Below, piece by piece: positions 52,876 to 64,000 of a DNA stretch of 64,000 nt. Source of the DNA: Octopus vulgaris (lineage: Eukaryota). The notes beneath the pieces are model-generated. The model saw nothing but the letters and a program-made list of their open reading frames with translations, did not search any database and had not been told where the DNA came from. Numbering within the stretch: the stretch's first letter is position 1; every line of letters begins with the position of its first letter. The translations under genes were made by a program, and so were the position numbers. Location: contig OX597840.1 in the NCBI GenBank assembly GCA_951406725.2, positions 29,698,001-29,762,000 on the forward strand. Direction: 5' to 3'.

Positions 52876-55704
52876 AAAGAAATCCAAGGAACTGCCGAGA
52901 AAGCTAGGGTTGGAATGGAATGAGGAATCCTAGTGAGAGAACTAATCTGTGTTCATAGATAATACTGTAAAAACTATTTTTGTCCTTTGGTAGAAACTGT
53001 TATTTCCAATTTGTTTATCCCTAGAAAGCATGAAAAATGGTTAATATTTCTTTCAAACTTTGCTTTTCTTATATTTATTCAAATCCCAAAGAATTCCTCT
53101 ATGGCTATGCTACTCCACCACTACTCCTGCTCGCCATCAGAGATGTACATATTGTCAACTACTAAGGGACACGCTCAAGTGGTTAAGTTCAAACAATTGA
53201 CAAGCAGATCTGTAGTATCAAGCAGAATATTTGATATAATGATATTTTTTGTCCTTCTGTAGTGACTGTTATTGTTACTTCCTAATTGCCTACCCCTATA
53301 TAGTATATAAGAGCATAGAGTATATATATATATATATATATATACATATACGCAGGAGTGGCTGTGTGGCTAGTAGCTTGCTAACCAACCACATGGTTCC
53401 GGGTTCAGTCCCACTGCATGGCATCTTGGGCAAGTGTCTTCTGCTATAACTTCAGGCCGACCAAAGCCTTGTGAGTGGATTTGGTAGACGGAAACTGAAA
53501 GAAGCCTGTCGTATATATGTATGCCGATGCCAGACTCCCCTGGCACCTGTGCCGGTGGCACATAAAAAGCACCCACTACACTCGCAGAGTGGTTGGCGTT
53601 AGGAAGGACATCCAGCTGTAGAAACACTGCCAGATCAGACTGGAGCCTGGTGCTGCCCCAGGCTTCCCAGACCCCGGTCGAACCGTCCAACCCGTGCTAG
53701 CGCGGAAAACAGACGTTAAACGATGATGATGATGATGATGATGTGTATATGTTTGTGTGTCTGTGTTTGTCCCCCTAGCATTGCATGACAACCGATGCTA
53801 GTGTGTTTACGTCCCCATCACTCTGCGGTTCGGCAAAAGAGATCGATAGAATAAGTACTGGACTTACAAAGAATAAGTCCCGGGGTCGATTTGCTCGACT
53901 AAAGGCGGTACTCCAGCATGGCCACAGTCAAATGACTGAAACAGGTAAAAGAGTAAAAGAATATATAATTTCCCTTATTTTGCACCTCAGTGCTGGTTGT
54001 GAAGGGAAGGGGTTGGCTTTGCCTCCGCATCATTCTATATTTATTCCATTCTTTTTCTTCTTAGTCCTTTCTGCTGAAGAGCATAGGCTCGAATCATAAA
54101 AGACTTTTCCATTCTTTCGAAGCGTTAAATTAATGCACTTGCTTGTTGTTCTTACTCCTGTCTTCATCTTTTATTTTCTGTAAATTTATATATATATATA
54201 TATACATATATATGTACACACACACACACACACACATGCAGACACACGGAGCAATGACAAGTGACTGAGAACTTGGTAATATGTTGTGCTTGAAAAGTCT
54301 CATCAAGCGAAGGGAAAGCAGAGTCATGACTGTTGTCATGGAAATGGCACCCATGAAATCGTAGTTATAGCCATTACCAGTATCATGTAAACGGCACCCG
54401 TGCCAGTGGGCCTGTTAAAAGCACTCATTACACTCTGGAAAGTGGTTGGTGTTAAGAAGGGCATCCAGGTTTAGAAACCATGCCAAATTAGACTGGAGCC
54501 GGGTGTGGTTCTCCAGCTTACCAGTCTAATCCATGCCAATATGGAAAGCGAACATTAAATGATGAGATGATGATGATGATATATATATTGAATGATAGGC
54601 ATGTGGAGAATCCCATATAGGACTTTAAGCTTCTGAGTTAACAATATGATTGTTGCACTTCACCTGTCATAAGCCTGGTGCCCTTACCTTATTTTGCAGA
54701 CACAGAAACTTCAAGTCCTGTATGTGAGTCTCCATAACTATGTCATTCAGTGCATATATCCCTCTATTACTAATGATATTGAGGTCTACCCCTCTCATTA
54801 TTACATGTGATTTGTCAACACACACACACATGTGCACAAACACACACACACACACGTGCACAAACACACACACATATGCATAAGGGTACACTCGCACATA
54901 TATACATACACACAAATTGAATGGGCTTCTTTCATTTCTATTTACCAAATTCACTCACATTTCATGATGGGCATGGAGCTATAGAAGAAGACACTTGCCT
55001 AAGGTGTTCAGGGTAGGATTGAACCCAGAACCAGATGGTTGTGTAGCAAACTTCTTAACCACATAGCCATTCCTGCACACGTACATAAATACATAGTTGT
55101 GTTTATGTGTGTTTACCAGAGTGTGCATGCAGGCATTATGTGTGAGTGTGTGTGTGCGTGTGTGTGAGTGTGTGTGTGTGGTGTGAGTGTGTGTGTAATG
55201 TTTGCTTCGAGAAAATCATACACCCACATATATACACATGCACACACATAAAAAATGGGAAAAAAAAACAATATGAACATCATGAAATCTATTTGCGATA
55301 TATAAAATATAAACGTTTATTTTCATATGAGACGATCATCACTGTTGATTCCACAATAGAATCGCCATTTTAGCATTTTATGTCAGTTCTTAAGAAGTGC
55401 CATTATTGGCAAACAAATATGCTATATTTCTCTATGAGTTTCCTATTTAGATTTGATTGTTGCCGATTCCTTTTAGAATTTATGTCAAATTCTAGTGACA
55501 CTTTTAACCTTCTTTCTGACAAAATCAATTGTTAAGTCTCAGATTTAGAGAAAGGATTCTAAGAGATATTCTAAGAGATATTTGCTTCTCTGAAATCAAT
55601 AAAAACATAATATAAGAATATAGAAAAAAAATTTCATGATATGCTCATTTGGGTACTAAAAGAAAATCAGCCTTTTTCCTTAGAATTTTTCTGTGCAGGT
55701 ATGG

Positions 55705-55751
55705 GCTTCTGTGTGTGTGTGTGTGTGTGCATGCGTTTCTGAATGTGTTTC

Positions 55752-55785
<34 letters not shown>

Positions 55786-55901
55786 CATGCATTTCTGAAT
55801 GTGTTTCTGTGTGTGTGTGTGTGTGTGTGTGCATGCATTTCTGAATGTGTTTCTGTATGTGTGTGTGTGTGTGTGTGTGTGTGCATGCATTTCTGAATGT
55901 G

Positions 55902-55942
<41 letters not shown>

Positions 55943-55955
55943 ATTTCTGAATGTG

Positions 55956-55987
<32 letters not shown>

Positions 55988-56009
55988 CATGCATTTCTGA
56001 ATGTGTTTC

Positions 56010-56046
<37 letters not shown>

Positions 56047-56197
56047 ATGCATTTCTGAATGTGTTTCTGTGAGTGTGTGTGCATGCATTTCTAAATGTGT
56101 TTCTCTGTGTGTGTGTGTGTGTACATGCAATTCTGAATGTGTTTCTATGAGTGTGTATGTGTGTGTATGTGTGTGCATGCATTTCTGAATGTGTTTC

Positions 56198-56236
<39 letters not shown>

Positions 56237-56441
56237 ATGCATTTCTGAATGTGTTTCTGTGAGTGTGTGTGTGTGTGTGTGTGTGTATGTGCATGCATTT
56301 CTGAATGTGTTTCTGTGAGTGTGTGTGCATGCATTTCTAAATGTGTTTCTCTGTGTGTGTGTGTGTACATGCAATTCTGAATGTGTTTCTATGAGTGTGT
56401 ATGTGTGTGTATGTGTGTGCATGCATTTCTGAATGTGTTTC

Positions 56442-56480
<39 letters not shown>

Positions 56481-56497
56481 ATGCATTTCTGAATGTG

Positions 56498-56534
<37 letters not shown>

Positions 56535-56605
56535 ATGCATTTCTGAATGTGTTTCTGTGAGTGTGAGTGTGTGTGTGTATGTGCATGCGTTTCTGAATGT
56601 GTTTC

Positions 56606-56639
<34 letters not shown>

Positions 56640-56901
56640 CATGCATTTCTGAATGTGTTTCTCTGTGTGTGTGTGTGTGTGTGTGCATGCGTTTCTGAAT
56701 GTGTTTCTGTGAGTGTGTGTGTGTGTGTGTGTGTGTGCATGCATTTCTAAATGTGTTTCTCTGTGTGTGTGTGTGTGTGTGTACATGCAATTCTGAATGT
56801 GTTTCTGTGAGTGTGTGTGTGTGTGTGTGTGCATGCATTTCTGAATGTGTTTCTGTGAGTGTGTGTGTGTGTGTGTGTGCATGCATTTCTGAATGTGTTT
56901 C

Positions 56902-56973
<72 letters not shown>

Positions 56974-56990
56974 CTGAATTTCTGAATGTG

Positions 56991-57051
<61 letters not shown>

Positions 57052-57095
57052 ATGCATTTCTGAATGTGTTTCTCTGAGTGTGTGTGTGCATGTGT
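55705..57095. repeat. Compound minisatellite: GCATGCATTTCTGAATGTGTTTCT core alternating with variable (GT)n
   Basis: Direct reading; more than 20 units. Confidence 0.95.
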
Positions 57096-58005
57096 GTGAT
57101 GTGGTGCTTTTAGAATTCTGGCTATTTCACAAGAGCAATGCTACTCATAAAACTGCTCTATACATTATTGTTTTATTGCTATCAAATAGAAAACCTCATA
57201 GATGCCACATTTCAACAGCCATCTTGTGTGTGTTCATTATTATTAAGATGATGAACTGGCAGAATCATTAGCATGCCAGGCAAAATGCTTTGTGGCATTT
57301 TGTCTGTCTCTATGTTCTGAGTTCAAATCCCGCCAAGGTTGATTTTACTTTTCATCTTATGGGGTCCATAAAAAATAAGTACCAGTTAAACACTGGGGTC
57401 GATGTAATCAACTCATCCCCTCCCCCCAGAATTGCTGCCCTTTTGGAAAAATTTGAAACCCTTATTATTATTATTATTATTATTGAGTGAGAGAGCAGTG
57501 CATGCCATCAAAGTGACACTGGGGTAAAGTATACGAAGCCCAGTATACCCATCATGACTACCTGTCTGATAAAGATACACCAGGTACATGCATCACAACC
57601 ATATGTGCACAACATGGTGATCGTATATCTAGATCAACAGGGCATGACCTCGCAGTTAGAATTTTCTTCAGGTTGAGTAGCCCATCCAGCTCAATAAGGT
57701 TTCTTTTAAGGATGTTGAACGAAACACCAATGTTTCCAGAGGTGAATTATTCAAACCCCAAGGAATTCCTCCCAACACATGGCTATGATGCTCCCCCACT
57801 ACTTCTGCTCGTGATCAGAGATGCACATATTGTCAGCCATCAAGGGACATGGTCAACTGGTTAAGGTCAAACAACTGACAAGCAAATCTGTGGTATTGAA
57901 CAGAATATTTGCTGTAGGCCATCTTTTATACCAAGATAAAACAATGTACATGATAACACTTCCAATCAGTTAAGATCAGAAGCCATAAGAGCCACTGCCT
58001 GGTAA

Positions 58006-58071
<66 letters not shown>

Positions 58072-58646
58072 GGTGGCATGCTGGCAAAATCATTAGCATG
58101 CCAGGCAAAATGCGTAGCTGTATTTCGTCTGCAATTATGTTCTGAGTTCAAATTCCACCGAGGTCGACTTTGCCTTTCATCTTTTCGGGGTCGATTAAAT
58201 AAGTACCAGTTACGCACTGGGGTCGATATAATCGACTTAATCCGTTTGTCTGTCCTTGTTTGTCCTCTTTGTGTTTAGCCCCTTGTGGGTAGTAAAGAAA
58301 TAGGTATTTCATCAGCCGCTACATTTCACCAAGGTTGACTTTTCCTTTCATCCTTTCAGGGTTGATAAATTAAGTACCAGTTGTGTACTGGGGTCGATGT
58401 AATTGACTAGTCCCCTCCCCCAAAATTTCAGGTTCTGTACCTTTTATATCCTGTCAGATGGGTCTTAGTGCTTTTTCTATTTGTTCTTTTGCTCCTATCT
58501 TCACCTTGTTGAATTTCGGGTTATACATTTTGTGTGTGATACTTCTTTCCTTGATAATCCTTGTGTTGTTGCTGGGGGTGGCAGTGACACCTTGACCTCT
58601 TGTCCTTCTCTCTTCAACGTTTCTTTGTAGTTTTGCATTTCCTTTG

Positions 58647-59196
58647 CGTTGATACAGATTTCTTCTTTCTTTCAGCCGCAGCTGCAAAGTTCATTTTCTT
58701 CCTTCCATTACTTTGTCAGTCCATTCCGGACTTCTACTCAGGTCATCCTCGAACGAGGTCATAGGGGACGAACTAAGACTCTCATAGTCCATCTCCGCAT
58801 TCACAACGCTTTCCCCTTCGACCGAGGAAAAACACTAGCAGTACCGCTGCAACGCAGCAAAAACACAGTGTAGAAAACACTATCTATCTATCTATTTATC
58901 TATCTATCCGCTCAGTCGAAGTCGACTCTCGGTTACTCGTTGGATCAGTGTCCGCCAGTCAGTTCTATCCTGGGCCGCTTCTTTCAGACTGGCTATGTCC
59001 ATTCTGGTATCTCTCTTGAAAACACACACAACAGAAAAACGTTACAATTACACGAAGCGAGCGAGCGGTTTACACGAACTCGGAACCTTGATATGACGGC
59101 GTCTACAAAATAGAATAAAAACGGCTATCAAAATGCTCTCCCCACTACTACTCCTTATAAGAGTTCGGCTAGTTCATTCTCCAATCCACCTCAACA
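58647..59196 (-). mobile_element. 3' LTR of Gypsy element
   Basis: Minus strand: polypurine tract AAAGGCGGGGTAGA then TGTTGA... ending ...TCAACG (inverted terminus, one change); directly downstream of pol remnants. The 5' LTR lies outside the window, so it cannot be confirmed. Confidence 0.6.
58881..59017 (-). mobile_element. 5'-truncated RTE/BovB-like 3' end with (GATA)n tail, inserted in the LTR
   Basis: Reverse complement of 19880-20000; TSD GAAAACAC at 58873-58880 and 59018-59025. Confidence 0.85.
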
Positions 59197-62100
59197 TCTA
59201 CCCCGCCTTTGAGATTGACTTCCGTTAGAAGTAAATATTATTTTTATTTCATAACATCTCCTTTTTTGAGATTTTTCTCCTAGAGAAGTTTCATATTTCC
59301 TCCATTTAGACACTACTTCCAACCGTTCTGTCTCTCTCCTCTTTCTTGTACCCCTGCGACTTGGTTCGAATTCTTGTGGAGTTTGGAAAACAAAGGTGTC
59401 AAAAAAAGCTCTTCAATAGGTATCTTTTCTTTTTCTCCGTATATCTATTTTTTAGCTGGTTTAAATGCATTTTGTGTTCCTATTTTCACCTCTTATATAT
59501 GTCATTTTGCCTAATCTTTTTGTTTAGATTCCGTCTTCCTAACTTTGTCTTCCATTTTTATATATTTTTAAAAACACTTTGTCACTTTGTCACTGATATT
59601 AAAAAACTTATATGAATAAATTTATGGATTTTTTTCCCCTCAAATATGATGGCTAATGCCTCTTTTTCTATTTGACTGTTGCTTTTCTCAACCGGCAATT
59701 ATGATCGCGAAGTATGAGCTACTACTATCAGGCTACTATCTTCATACTTGTGTAAAATCACAACTCCAATACCACTTTCACTAGCATCTGCTGCCACTAT
59801 TAATTCTAAATTCGGATTAGAATGTGATAACGACAATTCCAATTTTAAGAGGTTTTTAATTTCTTCAAAAGCTTTTTGGCATTTGTCCGACCAGTTCCAC
59901 TTAACGTCTTTTTTTAAACAAGTTATTCAGGGGTGCTCTTAAAACGTGCACATTCGGTATGTATACCTGGTAGTAATTTTCAAGCCCCCCAAAAGGTTTG
60001 TAACATTGTAATGTTCGTCGGGAGAGGCATTTTTTTTATTGCACTCGCCCTAGACGAGTCTGGTTTCCGTCCATTTTCATTAATAATCTGTCCCAGATAT
60101 TTTATTCTTGAAATAAAAAATTCACTTTTCTCAGCCGGCAATTATGAACGCGAATGTTATTCTTTCGAAAACCTTTTTAATATGCTCAGCATGCTGACCA
60201 CGAGATTCAGGGTGACGTGTCTGAGAGCAATCTTTTACTTCAATTTTTATGAGTATGTTGTCAAGTAGCTTTCTTACGAACCAAATGGTTCCGGGTTCAG
60301 TCCCACTGCATGACACCTTGGGCAAGTGTCTTCTACTATAGCCTCGGGCTGACCAAAGCCTTGTGAGTGGATTTGGTAGACGGAAACTGAAAGAAGCCCG
60401 TCACTTATATATATATATTTAAAAAAAAAAAATTTTTTTTTTTTATGTTCGTCCTTCGGTTCGAAGATGACCAACTGACATCATCTGATGGAACTTCCGC
60501 CATGAGACCGGAGGTGGCTGGTGAGGCCAATCCGGGCAAGGAAGCCCCTCCCACAGGTGGGGCAGAAGTGGGTAGGGGCCGTGCTACTGGTGCAGGCGGC
60601 TCTGGCTTTACGCATCTGACGTTTCTGCTCCGCTGACCGAATCCGTCCCTCCTCGGCTGTCCCTGCTCCCACGGTGATTGCGCTGCGCCAGGATGAGCGG
60701 TTGGCAGCAAGTGTCTCCCAGGTCTCTGTGCCGATGGAGAAGTCTTTGAGAGAGACCTTGAGACTATCCTTGTAGCGCTTCTTCTGCCCTCTGACTTTGC
60801 GCCTGCCCTGGCCGAGTTCACCGTAGAAGAGCTGTTTTGGGATGCGAGTGTCGGACATGCGGGAGACGTGGCCCGCCCATCTCAGCTGGGCCTTGCGCAT
60901 GATTGTGATGGTGCTAGGGAGATCTGCCTGCTTCAGAACTTCCGTGTCTGGGACTTTGTCCTGCCAGCGGATGTGAAGGAGGTTCCGAAGACACCTGAGA
61001 TGGAAGTGGTTTATCTGGCGCTCGTGCCTTCGGTAAGCAGTCCACGTCTCGCAGCCGTATAGTAGAGTGGTAAGCACGACTGCCCGGTAGACTTTCAGCT
61101 TGGTGTTGAGGCTGATTCCTCTCCGCTCCCAGACTTTCTTGCGCAGTCTCCCAAACGCGCTGCTTGCCTTGGAGATTATGTTGATGGTTTCAGCATCTAT
61201 GTTGGCATTGCAGGAGAGAGTGCTGCCCAGGTAGGTGAAGTTTTTCCACCACTCGTAGGATCCGTCCGTTCACCTTTATCTGAGGCTCATGGTATTGTTT
61301 GCCGGGGGCTGGCTGAAACATCACTTCGGTTTTCTTGGCACTGATGGTGAGACCGAAGTTGTCACAGGCTGATGAGAACCTGTCCATCTCGAGCTGCATC
61401 TCCTGCTCATCGATTGCATTAAGGGCGCAGTCGTCAGCAAAGAGAAAGCCTCTGACGACTGTCTCCCTCACCTTTGTGACAGCCTGCAATCTTCTGGAGT
61501 TGAAAAGTTTCCCGTCTGTCCTGTACTTGATGTCGATACCGGACTTGCAGTCCCTAAAGGCGTCGGACAGCATTGCCGAGAACATGATGCTGAACAGTGT
61601 TGGGGCCAGGACACAGCCCTGCCTGACTCCGTTGGTCACCTGGAAGGCTTCAGATGAGTTGCCGTCTTCAAGGACTCTGGCTGTCATTCCGTCGTGGAAC
61701 TGGCGGACAATTGCAATAAATTTGCTGGGGCAACCAAATTTTCCCATGACCTTCCATAGTCCCTCCCGACTGACTATATCAAAGGCCTTGGTGAGGTCAA
61801 CAAAGGTCATGCAGAGGTCAAGGTGCTGCTCCATGCATTTCGCCTGGAGCTGGCGGGCGGCGAATATCATGTCAGTGGTCCCTCGACCCGCGCGGAAGCC
61901 ACACTGGCTCTCAGGGAGAAGGCCTTGCTCCAAGTGTTCCAGAAGGCGGTCAAGCAGGACCCGGGCCAGGATCTTGCCTGCTATGGACAAGAGGGAGATA
62001 CCTCGGTGGTTGTCGCAGGACTGCCGATCTCCTTTCCGCTTATAAATGTGGACGATTGTTGCGTCCCGGAAATCTTGAGGGAGTTGTTCCCTGTCCCACA

Positions 62101-64000
62101 TCGACTGGAACAGGCTGGTGAGCTGACTGATCATGGCGGGGCCGCCCGACTTGAACACCTCTGCAGGGATGGCGTCAGAGCCTGGAGCTTTGCCGGTGGA
62201 CATTTTTTTGATGGCTCTGCTCACTTCCTCGACTGCAGGGGGAACAGCCAACTCGTGGTTTGTCGGCACCTGGGGGAGTCGTGCGATGGCTTCCTCGTTG
62301 ATCTGGGCTGGTCGATTGAGCACGATGTTGAAATGCTCCGCCCATCTCTCCAGGATCAGCCTCTTGTTAGTCAGGAGTGAGGTTGGATATATATATATAT
62401 GTTTGTGTATCTGTATTTGTCCCCTCAACATTGCTTGACAACCGATGGTGGTGTGTTTACGTCCCCGTAACTTAGTGGTTTGGCAAAAGAGACTGATAGA
62501 ATAAGTACTAGGCTTACAAAGAATAAGTCCCGGGGTCGATTTGCTCGACTAAAAGGCGGTGCTCCAGCATGGCCACAGTCAAATGACTGAAACAAGTAAA
62601 GGAATAAGGTGAGCTATAGCGAAATCCGAACCTGGGAGCATAACGTCCATAATTTGTTGGAAAATGCCAGGTACTACCGTTATACCAAAGGGGAGTCGAT
62701 TAAATTTATAAAACCCTTTATGGGTATTTATTGTCAATAGTTTTGAACATTGCTCATCAACTTTTACCTGCAAATATGCTTTAAATAGATCCAATTTTGA
62801 AAAAAATTTCCTCCATTCAACTTCGCGAAAAATTCTTCCTGACTTGGTAACAGGTAATTATGTGGCATCAAACATTCCTTTGATCCCTTTGAAAAATCAG
62901 TGCATACGCGAATTTTATTATTTTGTTTTTCTTGAAAAACTCTTGGGGACGCCCAATTTGTGAAATCAATGTTTTCAATAACGCCAAGCTTTTCAAGTCT
63001 ATCCAATTCTTCGTTGACTTGTTTCAACGCTGCGAAAGGTGCTATTTTTTTTTGGTTTAAATTCCGGTATAGCATTTTCTTTCACTTGAAACTTCATCTC
63101 TGTTTTTGTACAAAGACTCAATTCCTCATAAAAAAACGTCAGGAAAAAATTATTTTAATTCTTTTTTAAAACTCCCCGATACCTTGTTTGTACAGGTGGA
63201 AGAACCACTTGCATTCTTACAAAAAATATTTATAGGTAGGTCCCAAAAGTTAAATAGTTCCATCCAGTCTGTTCCAAATAAATTTGTATTTTTCAACACA
63301 AAAAATTTGGCTTTCAAAGTTTTCCCACAAAATGTAACATCACTTATCATTTCGCCCATAAAATGCAGTTTATCCTGAAACACCTCTCACAATTTTCGAT
63401 GTTTCCTTTAATCTAGGTTTCCCTTTTATTCTCCATGTACCTGTATTAATTATCGGGATATCACTGCCCGCATCCAATTGTAACTTGATATTCACGTTAT
63501 TCATTTTTACGGACACAATTTTTCTTTTCTAAGCCTTGCTTAGAATTTTCTTTAACTATACATTCTTTCTAACTTTTTTTTTGCTTGACCCTTTTGCTTT
63601 GTTTCGCTATACAATGGGAACTTTTAAGTCCGATTTTTCCACAATCAAAACGTTTACGAATTTTAAAACACAATTACTTTTAAAATGTAAACCTCAGCAA
63701 CAATAGCATGAATTTGGCCTAGACGTTCGTTTTATTTTTTCTTATCTATTTCAGGATGACACGCATATGTCTGAAAACAATCTTTTTCTTCAGTTTTATC
63801 CGCGACATACCTTAAATTTACAATCCTCCGGTATTCTTCAGTCACTGCCTGTAGAGTTAAATTTTGGTCCTGTTCTAATTTTGGTAATATGCGGGAACGA
63901 ATATTCACATCTTTTCTTGCTGTTAACCCTTGAATAAAAATTATACATTTGAACAAATCCGGGGTTAATTCATTTAATTTGAATTTTTCACACTCTCTGG
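59197..64000 (-). pseudogene. Decayed Ty3/Gypsy gag-pol (gag, protease region, RT, RNase H), interrupted at 60267-62605
   Basis: FKCIIFIQGL..IRSRIL (gag), ELDRLEKLGVIE..WASP, DLFKAYLQ..TINTHKG..FNRLPFGI..PGIFQQIMD, IVAADASESGIGVVI, SQIEKEALAIIF. Confidence 0.88.
60433..62385 (-). mobile_element. 5'-truncated RTE-clade LINE (RT plus C-terminal C2H2 finger), one frameshift near 61240
   Basis: RWAEHF, KAPGSDAIPAE, HRGISLLS, QCGFRAGR, FVDLTKAFD, GVRQGCVLAP, FADD, LLYGCETW, LRWAGHV.RM, CPTCGRGF...HLRSH; A12 tail. Confidence 0.93.

Noticed and set aside
55645-57091. His/Thr-rich ORFs and CRISPR-like periodicity
   Set aside because: Spacers are only (GT)n, the context is eukaryotic, and there are no cas genes.

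Overview
Eukaryotic, AT-rich, microsatellite-saturated intergenic or intronic DNA. The SINE repertoire resembles what I recall from octopus (cephalopod) genomes; this is an inference, not a database result. I could not support any host protein-coding gene: almost all ORFs in the track are translations of (TA)n, (CA)n, (GAT)n, (GATA)n or (TTC)n. The real coding remnants all come from transposons: a near full-length but frameshifted Tx1/L1-type LINE inside a (GATA)n array (24485-30628), a 5'-truncated RTE LINE (60433-62385), a decayed Gypsy LTR element with a recognisable 3' LTR and PPT (58647-64000), Helitrons with PIF1 fragments, an R4/Dong-like tail in (TAA)n, Tc1/mariner remnants, a Penelope-like GIY-YIG fragment, Merlin-type and TTAA-type MITEs, and at least five SINE-like families. 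Most worth a second look: (1) several distinct families of minimal hammerhead-ribozyme motifs, some inside long fold-back palindromes typical of Penelope-like terminal repeats; (2) a SINE whose 3' tail matches the 3' end of the Tx1 LINE in this window and which forms head-less tandem concatemers with an invariant palindromic junction; (3) apparent microsatellite targeting and multi-level nesting. These are variants of known element biology. I did not find convincing evidence of a wholly new gene system.
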